Shown piece after piece: positions 1 through 8,946 of a DNA stretch of 64,000 bases. The position numbers and the translations under genes are program-made. Positions within the stretch are counted from its first letter, which is position 1, and each line of letters opens with the position of its first letter. Where the stretch lies: contig NZ_JBALWB010000006.1 of assembly GCF_036960155.1 (NCBI RefSeq), forward strand, positions 17,472 to 81,471. The letters are read 5' to 3'. This stretch comes from Sulfitobacter sp. GTDB taxonomy: Bacteria; Pseudomonadota; Alphaproteobacteria; Rhodobacterales; Rhodobacteraceae. The notes under the pieces were generated by a model that saw only the letters and a program-made list of their open reading frames with translations, was not told the origin of the DNA and made no database searches.

Positions 1-6
1 TGAACC

Positions 7-504
7 TCAGCCCATCTCCTCTTGGCACTCAAGCGCCGCTTCCAGAGCCTGGTAACTCCCTGTGAGGTCGATCGCCATAACTTCACCGTCTTCGGTGTAC
101 AGTGTCATTGTTTGTTTTACTGCGAGATCAAACAGAAAGTCGGGATTATCGAAGAGAATATCGGCCCCTGGCACGTCTTCGAGGTAAATTCCTACTGCTT
201 CAGCATCATAGTCTTCACCGTCGAGCGAGAAGAGAACCGAATAAAATTCACCCTCTTCGATATCCCCCCAGGCCATGTTGAATGCAGTGACATAAGCGCC
301 GCCCTGTGTGCGATCAAAACCGATGCGTACAATAGAACCGTCGTCAAATTCAGACTGGATTAGACAGCCGTCTCCCAATGAGGGGTCAACCATCACATCC
401 CAATAGTCTGACGCCCCCCACTGCTCAAGTGTTTGGGCTTGCAAAGGGCTGCTGGCAGCAGCGCAAATCATCATTATTGTGGTTGCGATAGCAGTAGTCT
501 TCAT
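7..504 (-). CDS. Secreted hypothetical protein
   Basis: ORF 7..516; ATG at 504 gives MKTTAIATTIMMICAAASSPLQA, a signal-peptide-like N-terminus, followed by an acidic mature domain. Confidence 0.75.
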   Translation of the reverse strand: MKTTAIATTIMMICAAASSPLQAQTLEQWGASDYWDVMVDPSLGDGCLIQSEFDDGSIVRIGFDRTQGGAYVTAFNMAWGDIEEGEFYSVLFSLDGEDYDAEAVGIYLEDVPGADILFDNPDFLFDLAVKQTMTLYTEDGEVMAIDLTGSYQALEAALECQEEMG

Positions 505-758
505 CTTGTGTCCCACTTTATTCCAGTTGCGTTAGTTAGACTCTCTCTTTTTACTGATAGCAACTCGTTACTCAATAAATTCCCCTTGGCAGCGACTGCT
601 ATCAGCTGTCCGGCGAACTGATCGAATATTGACGTTGGCTGAAATTCCGGAAAAATCACATGCCAGAAAACGATAGCACAAACGGCTTATTTTTTGTCAG
701 ATTTTTGTATTTTGCAAAAGAAACTGACATTCAGGCACACTGCAGCAACGACTAATAA

Positions 759-782
759 GGGCTCAGACCCGCCGTTCGCCGC
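759..782 (+). repeat. Dispersed 24-bp motif GGGYKS-N6-GMCNTTYGCYGC, copy A
   Basis: gggctc-agaccc-gccgttcgccgc; same spacing at 1246, 8877 and 10802. Confidence 0.5.
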
Positions 783-855
783 GATTGCACACAAAAACGG
801 CGTCGAGGCGTGAAGCTAACGTCGACACAGCGGACTTAGTGACACTTCAATCAGC

Positions 856-1185
856 TCAGACCAAAACCGTTACACTTAGATCACGGTAGTTATCTGGGAC
901 AATTTCGCCATAGGAAAAGCACTCTAAGGTAAGCTCATTGTTTTCGACGAAGACAACGAAGCCAGTCAACAGCTCACCAACCTCTCCATTGACGATCGGT
1001 TTATCCAGCACCAATCTTTCAACGGGTAAATCATTCGAACTCAACGTTAAAAAGTACCCCTTCCCAGTGAAGTCAAGACCAACCAGTTTGCCGTGCGAAC
1101 ACACTTCATCCACAAGCCGCGCAGTAAGGACGTCAGTTGCAAGCAATTCAATAACATTCTTTTCAAAGCTCTTTAGGACACTCAA
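856..1185 (-). CDS. Small hypothetical protein (cassette-like)
   Basis: 109-aa ORF with TTG start and protein-like composition, flanked by the dispersed motif. Confidence 0.6.
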   Translation of the reverse strand: MSVLKSFEKNVIELLATDVLTARLVDEVCSHGKLVGLDFTGKGYFLTLSSNDLPVERLVLDKPIVNGEVGELLTGFVVFVENNELTLECFSYGEIVPDNYRDLSVTVLV

Positions 1186-1245
1186 GAATTCAACTCCATT
1201 CCCTTTATTTTAGGTTTGCTCACAAGACAAAGGCCATGTCAAAAT

Positions 1246-1269
1246 GGGCTCTTTGCTGCCGTTCGCTGC
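1246..1269 (+). repeat. Dispersed 24-bp motif, copy B
   Basis: gggctc-tttgct-gccgttcgctgc. Confidence 0.5.
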
Positions 1270-1565
1270 TAAAAGATCAATTGTTGCTTTCATCCGAATG
1301 CAATGCAGCGAAAAAAATCAGGGGTGGATTACATCCACCTGCTGCGAACGAGACCTGAACCTTAATGCGCGGTGACGCCAAATCTTCGACGCACTTTGCC
1401 TTCGGCAATATTGATTGAACTTATTTTGTGAAATTGCAGCAACGGCTTTTCAGCCGGAACCTAATCCCATATGGATTTGATTGGGCTTTTCGACCGGTAA
1501 AGATGCTGTACGTTATTCGTCTTCGGGCAATGGGCACGTTAGACGCCCGATAATTAGGAGCCATC

Positions 1566-2465
1566 CTACTCAAAACTCTTTGACGTGTGATTACTTAGAT
1601 ATTCAACAAAGACTCGGACTTTATTCGCCAGATTGCGACCACTTGGATAAACAGCGCTTATTGGCGTGACCGATGGCTCCAGCGGGAAATCGGGTAAAAT
1701 GGGCACTAATGCACCGGAATCAAGTTCACCCCGCACGACCCATGTCGGTAGCATGGCGACGCCCAGGCCTGATTTGACTGCTTCTTTCAGAAGCGTAAGG
1801 TTCCCAGCTTGAATGCGGCCGGACACTGGCACCTCCAACGTGCCCTCTGGTGACCTGAATTGCCATGTTCGTTGGCCCGACCCAACGTGAAAAGACATGC
1901 ATGACACCTTACTTAATTCATCTGGATGCATTGGCGTGCCATTCTGTTCAAGGTATCCTGGGCTTGCGACGACGAGCGATCGGCTTGTTGTTAGGCGGCG
2001 TGCCATCAGGTTTGAATCCTCAAGGTGCCCAACACGGATAGCGACATCAATGCCGCGACCAACCAAGTCTTCCAAGGTAGCGGATGTCACAAACTGGATC
2101 CGTATAGCTGGATACAAGCTTAGAAAATCAGGCAGCATCGGTGACAAGAAGGTGACGGCCAAATCTGCCTCTGCGGTGACCCGCAGTATGCCGGAGGGCG
2201 CATTGCTGGCTTGCGATACTGCGCGGCGCGCCTCGTCTACATCTTCAATGATTTGCCGAGCATGGCGCAGATAGATTTCGCCGGCCTCAGTCAGAACCTG
2301 CTGGCGTGTTGTGCGTTGTAGCAGGCGGGTGCCCAGATCCTCTTCAAGCCGTGCGATTTGTCGTGATACCGCGGAAGGCGTCGCTTGCGTACTGCGCGCC
2401 ACAGCGGAGAAGCTCCCCTCATCGGCGACCTGCACAAACAAACGTAATAGCGTGATGTTTTCCAT
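1566..2465 (-). CDS. LysR-family regulator (CrgA/DmlR-like)
   Basis: HTH FSAVARSTQATPSAVSRQIARLEEDLGTRLLQRTTR; substrate-binding domain; likely start MENITLL at 2465. Confidence 0.95.
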   Translation of the reverse strand: MENITLLRLFVQVADEGSFSAVARSTQATPSAVSRQIARLEEDLGTRLLQRTTRQQVLTEAGEIYLRHARQIIEDVDEARRAVSQASNAPSGILRVTAEADLAVTFLSPMLPDFLSLYPAIRIQFVTSATLEDLVGRGIDVAIRVGHLEDSNLMARRLTTSRSLVVASPGYLEQNGTPMHPDELSKVSCMSFHVGSGQRTWQFRSPEGTLEVPVSGRIQAGNLTLLKEAVKSGLGVAMLPTWVVRGELDSGALVPILPDFPLEPSVTPISAVYPSGRNLANKVRVFVEYLSNHTSKSFE

Positions 2466-2582
2466 TTGTGCCCTTTTCGCACAGATCATGTTCTCAATGG
2501 ATGACTTACTGCCAAGTGAACATAAATCATACAAGAAACAGAGAAGGCGCAAAACTTAATACCGCTTTGGGCCAAATGCATA

Positions 2583-3035
2583 ATGGAGAGAAACATGAAA
2601 CGTATTGAAAATAAAACATCCCGATTGGCTATGGCGATCGCTGCGGCCAGTTTCAGTGCCTTGTTTGCCGGAAGCGCAATCGCCGAAGATAACGTTGGCC
2701 GCGCTTATGATGAAGTCGAATTCACCGAAGGCGCGCCGGGTGTTCATTTTGGCCTGCTTTGGGGCGATTGGGCCACGGGACCGTTTTCGATGATCGTCAA
2801 AATCGAAGCTGGTGCAAAAGCCCCTGATCACCATCACCCAGCAAACTACGACGGTGTCTCAATTCAAGGCAATTGGGTGCATACCTACGCCGATGGCGTC
2901 GAGCAGATCGTCACGCCGGGGTCATATGCATATCAGCCTGCACATGAAGTCCACGGCGACAGGTGTCGTGGACCAGAGGACTGCATCATCCTCATACAGA
3001 TGGATGGCCCGAACGGGTTCATCGTTGCTGAGTAG
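2583..3035 (+). CDS. Exported cupin (DUF4437-like)
   Basis: Signal-peptide-like N-terminus; cupin motifs PDHHHPANY and PAHEVHGDRC. Confidence 0.85.
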   Translation: MERNMKRIENKTSRLAMAIAAASFSALFAGSAIAEDNVGRAYDEVEFTEGAPGVHFGLLWGDWATGPFSMIVKIEAGAKAPDHHHPANYDGVSIQGNWVHTYADGVEQIVTPGSYAYQPAHEVHGDRCRGPEDCIILIQMDGPNGFIVAE

Positions 3036-3157
3036 CTCTTGAGTAAACAGATACTCTAACGGCTCCCGCTTTGGGATTATGACCGGCAGGTCAGACATAT
3101 CAATAAGGTGGGGGTCGCAGCCCTGAGAAATCACATGAACTAATTGGAGAGATTTAA

Positions 3158-3634
3158 GTGACGTTTCTAGATTGCCGAACTCAAGCTGTTAAGGTGGCTT
3201 CGGGATTACTTCGTAGTATCGCGCTTTTGGCGATGATTGGGCAAGCCCAAACTGCCGTTGCGGGCCCTGACGATACCGAAAGGACAGCTCGCACGATATT
3301 TGGGGAAATCGTGTGGAATGAATTCCCCGGCGGGCGTGCGATAGCGGATGTCGTTGGAGACTTTAAAACAGGTCCACACCTGAAGTTCGTTCGATTTGAC
3401 GCAGGTGTAAAAACCCTACCTCACATCCACTCTCATAGTTATGTTGGCATTGTTGTTAAAGGTAGAGCGCGCCATTTTGAGCCCGGCAATCCGTCGACCG
3501 AGACAATTCTAGAGCCTGGATCAACTTGGTCGATCAACGCTGGCGTTCCCCATATTAGTGAGTGCCTTGCAGGATCTGAGTGCTTGTTTGCAACACAATC
3601 CGACGGACCGTTTGACTCCGCACCCGCAGATTAA
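3158..3634 (+). CDS. Exported cupin (DUF4437-like), paralog
   Basis: Hydrophobic leader ending AVA; motifs LPHIHSHSY and AGVPHISEC. Confidence 0.8.
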   Translation: MTFLDCRTQAVKVASGLLRSIALLAMIGQAQTAVAGPDDTERTARTIFGEIVWNEFPGGRAIADVVGDFKTGPHLKFVRFDAGVKTLPHIHSHSYVGIVVKGRARHFEPGNPSTETILEPGSTWSINAGVPHISECLAGSECLFATQSDGPFDSAPAD

Positions 3635-3699
3635 CTCTACATTGGTCTCTTTTAGAGATACAAATTACTGTAACTCTAGATACGGAAAAGGGAGTGTAA

Positions 3700-4301
3700 A
3701 TGTCCTATATTGCAAGCGACGTCGTCATCTCAGAGGAAGAGATCCGTGCGATATTGCCAGACCAATATGATACCCAGGTTGGGAAGATCATCAATTCCAT
3801 CGATGACCTTTGCCGGACGTGGATAGAGCGCTCTCCGTTTATCGTTATGTCGACTGTGGACAAGGGTGGAAAAATTGATACGTCGCCAAAAGGCGACCCA
3901 GCAGGCTTTGTCGAAGTCATCGACTCCCAAACCCTTGCAATCCCTGATCGCCCCGGAAATAATCGGTTCGACAGCTTCCTCAATATCATCGCGACGGGGC
4001 GGATTGGTCTTGTGTTTTTTGTGCCAAATCGCAGCGAGGTTGTCCGCATCAGCGGGACTGAGCAGGTTGTGCGGGATTTTGATTGCGTAACTCGATGGCA
4101 ATTAACTCTCGGGTGCCTGATTTTGCAATTCTGGTGAAAGTTAAAGAAGCGTTCTTTCATTGTGGAAAATCCATAACGCGCTCAAAGCTCTGGTCGCCAG
4201 AGCTTGCCGAAACAATTGAGGGTCTGGCGACCTATAGTCAGGCGCTTGAATTACATGTGACGTTGGACAGCCCTTCGTCAGAAATGAAACACACAGATTG
4301 A
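3700..4301 (+). pseudogene. Pyridoxamine 5'-phosphate oxidase-like FMN-binding protein (MSMEG_1061-like), frameshifted
   Basis: DTSPKGDPAGFV and IPDRPGNNRFDS motifs; frame changes near 4080 and continues as RVPDFAILVKVKEAFFHCGKSITRSKLW. Confidence 0.8.
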
Positions 4302-4366
4302 GTTTACCACTGCTCTGGACCGCGCACTTTGTGTCGACAGTTGAAAATTTTGGAGGATTACATACT

Positions 4367-5266
4367 ATGAGCCGCAAAATCTCTGCCTTGATGGGCGCAC
4401 TTACCGCTGATGCTGCGGGCCTAGGTCTGCATTGGTTGTACGATGTTGAGCGCATTGCGCAGGTTGTCGGTGACCGGCCTGCCGCGTTCACACCTATCAA
4501 TGGCGCGAATTTTGAAGGAGTGTCCGGATACTTCGCCCACGGCATGCGGCGTGATGGGCAGTTAAGCCAATACGGCGAAACACTTGCCTTGGTAATGCGT
4601 TCAATCATTGCCGAAGGCCGCTTTGAAGCTTCAGCATATCAAGCTGCGTATGCTGCGCACTTTGGTGCCGGTGGCGCCTATGTAGGCTACATCGACCGCC
4701 CAACAAGAGGCACTTTGGCCAACATCGCAGCAGGTGTGTTAAGCCCGTCAGGTGTAGATGATGACCAGCATCCAGCCGTTGCGACCCTACCTGCAATTCT
4801 CGCCAAATATGGTAACGATACAGCCAGGGTCAAGGCCGCGATGGAAGTTACGAACGTCAATAAAATGGCAGCAGATTACAGCGGCATTATCGCAACCGCC
4901 CTCGCAGCTATCATCGATGGTACGGACCTCAAGGACGCTTTGGATGCCGCCGCAAAGTCAGACCCGCTTTTGCAAGATGCGTTGAATTCAAACGTAGGAT
5001 CAGTCGCCTATGGAGAAGTCACCAAGCGTGCATGCCATCTTGATCAAGGCGTGCCTCTAAGTTGGCATATCCTCGCAAATACGACATCCTATCAAGAAGC
5101 CGTTGAGGCAAATATACGGACTGGTGGTGATAGTGCTGGGCGCGCGATGATCGTAGGCGCACTTGCTGGTGCCGCATATGGAATGGCCGAAATTCCGGAC
5201 GCTTGGTTGGAAGCAATGGACAATAGTGACGCGTTGTTGGCGCAGGCAAAACAACTTGCTGCGTAG
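4367..5266 (+). CDS. ADP-ribosylglycohydrolase-family protein
   Basis: [17 protein letters not shown]-terminus and [27 protein letters not shown]-terminus; ATG at 4367. Confidence 0.85.
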   Translation: MSRKISALMGALTADAAGLGLHWLYDVERIAQVVGDRPAAFTPINGANFEGVSGYFAHGMRRDGQLSQYGETLALVMRSIIAEGRFEASAYQAAYAAHFGAGGAYVGYIDRPTRGTLANIAAGVLSPSGVDDDQHPAVATLPAILAKYGNDTARVKAAMEVTNVNKMAADYSGIIATALAAIIDGTDLKDALDAAAKSDPLLQDALNSNVGSVAYGEVTKRACHLDQGVPLSWHILANTTSYQEAVEANIRTGGDSAGRAMIVGALAGAAYGMAEIPDAWLEAMDNSDALLAQAKQLAA

Positions 5267-5310
5267 TTGATCATCGTCTCTTATACCTCTTAGCCAAAAG
5301 GACCCTCTTC

Positions 5311-5778
5311 ATGGAAAACCGCCCCCCATTGCCACCCTTCACCTATGATACCGCTGTCCAAAAAGTGCGCATGGCCGAAGACGGTTGGAACACCCGAGAT
5401 GCTGCGAAAGTCGCCACTGCCTACACACTTGCTACCAATTGGCGCAACCGAACGACCTTCGTGACGAACCGTGAGGCGGCAGAGGCATTCCTGAAGGAAA
5501 AATGGGTTCGCGAACGCGATTACCGCCTGATAAAAGAACTTTGGGCTTTCACGGGTTCACGCATCGCCGTCCGTTACGCCTACGAATGGTGCGACGACAA
5601 GGGCAACTGGTTTCGCTCATACGGGAATGAAAACTGGGAGTTCGCCGAGAACGGGCTAATGCAAAATCGTTTTGCCAGCATCAACGACCTGCCTATATCG
5701 GAAGCTGAACGGAAGTTTCACTGGCCTCAAGGTCGCAGGCCCGACGACCACCCGGGGCTTTCCGAGCTGGGGTTGTGA
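5311..5778 (+). CDS. DUF1348 / NTF2-like protein
   Basis: [36 protein letters not shown] family motifs. Confidence 0.9.
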   Translation: MENRPPLPPFTYDTAVQKVRMAEDGWNTRDAAKVATAYTLATNWRNRTTFVTNREAAEAFLKEKWVRERDYRLIKELWAFTGSRIAVRYAYEWCDDKGNWFRSYGNENWEFAENGLMQNRFASINDLPISEAERKFHWPQGRRPDDHPGLSELGL

Positions 5779-6009
5779 ACGCATATTCGCGGGCTGGAAG
5801 CTGTGCTCCTGATCGACGCGGGACATTTTGTGACATGGGAACGACCTGAGGATGTCACGAATGGCATGATGTGGTTTCGTCACTCAATGCTGGGGCCAGA
5901 CCTTCCGATTTTTGAGCGTTCGCGGTATTATGATTTGCCAACAAAACCCATACATAAGGCAGAAGGTTGGGGTGTTAACCTAGGCATTGCACCTAAAAAG
6001 GTCAGCTAA
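5779..6009 (+). pseudogene. Probable C-terminal remnant of an alpha/beta hydrolase
   Basis: LIDAGHFVTWERPEDV resembles the catalytic-His motif (AGHF...E.PE); no N-terminal part present. Confidence 0.4.
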
Positions 6010-6083
6010 GACTCTTTTTCCAGAGCCCTGCGATTTGCTTAAGAAACAGATGGTGGAGCTCGTCTTTTTTTGAAAATTTAAGC

Positions 6084-6596
6084 TTACGTGACAGCTTGTT
6101 CGACAGGGCATCCACGGGGGCGGCATATACCTTCGTTACATAGACGACAATTGCGCCGGGCAGAGCTCTGGTCGCCTGTGAGCGTTTGTAGCATAGTTGC
6201 GAGCACTGGCAGCAATGCTTCTCTTTGTTCGGCACTCAGGTTTTCGACGATCCGCGTCGTCACATTTTCCCGCGCAGCCAAGACTGCCTTCGCGCGAGTG
6301 TCACCATCTTTGGTCAAACGCAGCACAACGGCACGTCGATCTTGTGCGCTTGGTTTACGTTCAACCAATCCCTCAGTTTCGAGACCATTTATCAATCGAA
6401 CTGCACCAGAATGCGTCACATTCAAGATGCGGCGCAGAACGTCGATGCTCTCATTGGGGTGGTTGAAAACCGTAACAAGAGCGGACGCCGCGCTTCCGCT
6501 GCGGAGGCCTACTCCACCAACGTTCTCATCAATGGCGCTCGAGAGCGTTGTCGCAAAAGCCCCTAAGAGGTTGTTTATATATAGTTCTGTGTTCAT
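6084..6596 (-). CDS. MarR-family regulator with Cys-rich C-terminal tail
   Basis: THSGAVRLINGLETEGLVER..DRRAVVLRLT; tail CRLCNEGICRPRGCP. Confidence 0.9.
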   Translation of the reverse strand: MNTELYINNLLGAFATTLSSAIDENVGGVGLRSGSAASALVTVFNHPNESIDVLRRILNVTHSGAVRLINGLETEGLVERKPSAQDRRAVVLRLTKDGDTRAKAVLAARENVTTRIVENLSAEQREALLPVLATMLQTLTGDQSSARRNCRLCNEGICRPRGCPVEQAVT

Positions 6597-6610
6597 GCAG
6601 CGATATTTAT

Positions 6611-6671
6611 ATGATTAAGTCACATAAAACAATAGGCAAGGAGTTGATTTCCATTTACGTGACTGACTCAC
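6611..6671. promoter_or_regulatory. Two candidate MarR operators (RTGA-N5-TCAC)
   Basis: atgattaagtcac at 6611-6623 and gtgactgactcac at 6659-6671, in the divergent marR/dehalogenase gap. Confidence 0.45.
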
Positions 6672-6694
6672 ATACTTTCACAACGGAGAAACCA

Positions 6695-7663
6695 ATGCCT
6701 AATATGTCCCGCCGTCTCGCAATGGTCACATCCGCGCCCATGATAGCGCTTGCCGCTTTTGGTAGCGGCGTAATGCCCGCCAGTGCTGATGAGGCTTGGG
6801 CCTCTGAGAAGAAGTTTGTCGAAGTCTTCGGACAAAAGATGGCCTACATTGAGCGCGGCGAAGGTAAACCTATCGTGTTCGTGCATGGTAACCCGACGTC
6901 TTCTTACCTGTGGCGCAATGTCATCCCTCATGTTGAAGGTCACGGTCGGATCATCGTTATGGACCACATGGGCATGGGCGATAGCGATAAACTGCCAGCA
7001 TCCGTTGAAGGCAGGTATCGGCTCGTCACCCAAGCAAAATATTTTGCTGAATTCATGCGTCAGATCGATGCACAGCAGGACGTGACGTTGGTACTGCATG
7101 ACTGGGGCGGGGCAGTTGGCTTTGATTGGGCACTTCACAATCATGGCAGTCTGCGCGGTATCGCCTATATGGAGACCTTCGTAAAACCGCTAGAATGGGA
7201 AGACCTCCCCGAGGATTTTCACCCAACCTTGAAAGCTGTGCGCTCAGACGAAGGTGAACAACTAGTTCTCGAAGAGAACATGTTTATTGAAGGCATGTTA
7301 CCAGGTGTCACTGGCCGTCCTTTGACTGAAGAAGAAATGACTGAGTATCGCCGCCCATATCTGAACGCTGGTGATGACCGTCTGGCGACTTTGCAATGGG
7401 CGCGTGAGGTCCCGATCGGTGGTTCACCTGCTGATGTTGCTGAACGGATCGGTAATTACTCAGCATGGTTAGAAACCAGCGAAGTGCCAATGCTGTTTGT
7501 TGATGCAGAACCCGGCGTTTTCATCACTGGAAATACACGTGCCTTTGCACGCAGCTTGCCAAATCAGACAATTGCCGAAGCCAAAGGCCTGCATTTCATG
7601 CAGGAAGATGATCCTGACACCATCGGTGCCGCTGTATCGTCCTTCGTCTCGGGTCTCGAGTAA
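6695..7663 (+). CDS. Haloalkane dehalogenase (HLD-II, LinB/DhaA-like) with N-terminal signal peptide
   Basis: HGNPTSSYLWRN, LHDWGG nucleophile, YMETFV acid, GLHFMQED base; leader MPNMSRRLAM...ASA. Confidence 0.9.
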   Translation: MPNMSRRLAMVTSAPMIALAAFGSGVMPASADEAWASEKKFVEVFGQKMAYIERGEGKPIVFVHGNPTSSYLWRNVIPHVEGHGRIIVMDHMGMGDSDKLPASVEGRYRLVTQAKYFAEFMRQIDAQQDVTLVLHDWGGAVGFDWALHNHGSLRGIAYMETFVKPLEWEDLPEDFHPTLKAVRSDEGEQLVLEENMFIEGMLPGVTGRPLTEEEMTEYRRPYLNAGDDRLATLQWAREVPIGGSPADVAERIGNYSAWLETSEVPMLFVDAEPGVFITGNTRAFARSLPNQTIAEAKGLHFMQEDDPDTIGAAVSSFVSGLE

Positions 7664-7712
7664 CATCTCTAGCAAAAGGGAGGGGCTCTGATCCTTCCCG
7701 AAAATGCACTGC

Positions 7713-8300
7713 CAGAAAAAACTACAGACCATCAACGGCAAGAAGATGGCCTTTGTCTAAGTCGGCGATCCGATTGTGTTCTTGCACGGTGTTTCAACAT
7801 CTTCCTATCTATGGCGCAACATTATGCCAAATCTCGAAGACAAAGGCCGGCTGATCGCGCCTGACCTCATCGGCATGGGAGATCCCGAGAAATTGGACGA
7901 CACAGGCCACGACAGCTATTCCGTGCCAAATCACGTATCCTATCTTTTCCCACACCTCGAAGAACTTGGCTGTACGGAAAACATCACGCTGATCTTGCAT
8001 GATTGGGGTTCTGGCCTTGGTTTCCACTATGCAAACACACATCCTGACACCATCAAAGCCATCGCATTTATGGAAGGTATTCTTACGATCTTTCCAGAAA
8101 TGGCCGACTTCCCCGAAGGCCTCCAAGAAGTGATTGGCATGTTCAGCTTACCTGAAAGTGACAAGGTTGTTCTGGAAGAGAATTTTTTAACGAAACCTTG
8201 CTCCCAGTGGCCATTTCGCGTGATTTGACTGAAGAAGAACATGCTGAGTATCGCCCCACAATGCAGGTGAAGGTCGCCGTCCATGCGTTGTCATCATAAG
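7713..8300 (+). pseudogene. Degenerate second haloalkane dehalogenase
   Basis: KKLQTINGKKMAFV*VGDPIVFLHG with stop at 7758-7760; HDWGSG kept; GNPT changed to GVST; frameshifts after about 8190; truncated. Confidence 0.85.
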
Positions 8301-8322
8301 GGCTGTTAACGGGGCGCTCGCC

Positions 8323-8695
8323 CTGGCAGAAAATCTCTTTGATCCGGCTGCTGAAATAGAAATAGCACTGTATGAACTGGTCTATGAAAACCAGTTCGGA
8401 GAAGTAGATCTCGCCGTCGCCTATGATCATCGTGCAAACAGTATGCACGGCACCTTCGGTAAATTTCCTGCTAACTTTGAAACACCACTCCACACACACC
8501 GGAGCCTATCATGCCATCGTTCTGAAGGGTGTAATGACCAACCCCTATCCTGGAATGGACGCCAAAGAACCTGAGCCAGGCTCCTATTGGTATATTTCCA
8601 CTGGTGCAGAACACACTACTGCTTGTATCTCCGCCAAGCCATGCGAATGGATTTTTTGTGCGGACGGAAAGTTTGACTTCGCCGTTGTCGAATAG
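8323..8695 (+). pseudogene. Third DUF4437-like cupin, frameshifted in a (CA)n tract
   Basis: HGTFGKFPANFETPLHTH in frame 1 continues as TGAYHAIVLKG...GAEHTTAC in frame 2 at cacacacacc (8491-8500). Confidence 0.75.
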
Positions 8696-8876
8696 ACCGT
8701 CTTACTAATTTCGTTTTTTACCCGACAATCCCCAAGCGCAGTCTGTCCGGTAGTTTCCTTCTACGGTAGGAAAGCGCATTGAGCACAACTGTTTCACTTG
8801 GCTCAATTAAAACCAGAAATGATCAGCCTAACATGTTACGGTTGGCACTGGTTCACTGTGCAGAATACGAAATTTT

Positions 8877-8900
8877 GGGCTCAATGTAGACCTTTGCTGC
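8877..8900 (+). repeat. Dispersed 24-bp motif, copy C
   Basis: gggctc-aatgta-gacctttgctgc followed by ..cgaacggcc. Confidence 0.45.
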
Positions 8901-8946
8901 ACAGTGCTCGAACGGCCAGTTTTCATCTTTGGGGCGTAAGTTATGC

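Noticed and set aside
2583-3634. DMSP lyase (DddW/DddK/DddQ) assignment
   Set aside because: Cupin motif 1 lacks the conserved Glu; no supporting acrylate genes nearby.
5776-6009. UGA read-through or selenocysteine extension of the DUF1348 gene
   Set aside because: The DUF1348 protein ends at its usual C-terminus (LSELGL); the downstream frame looks like an unrelated hydrolase remnant; no SECIS evident.
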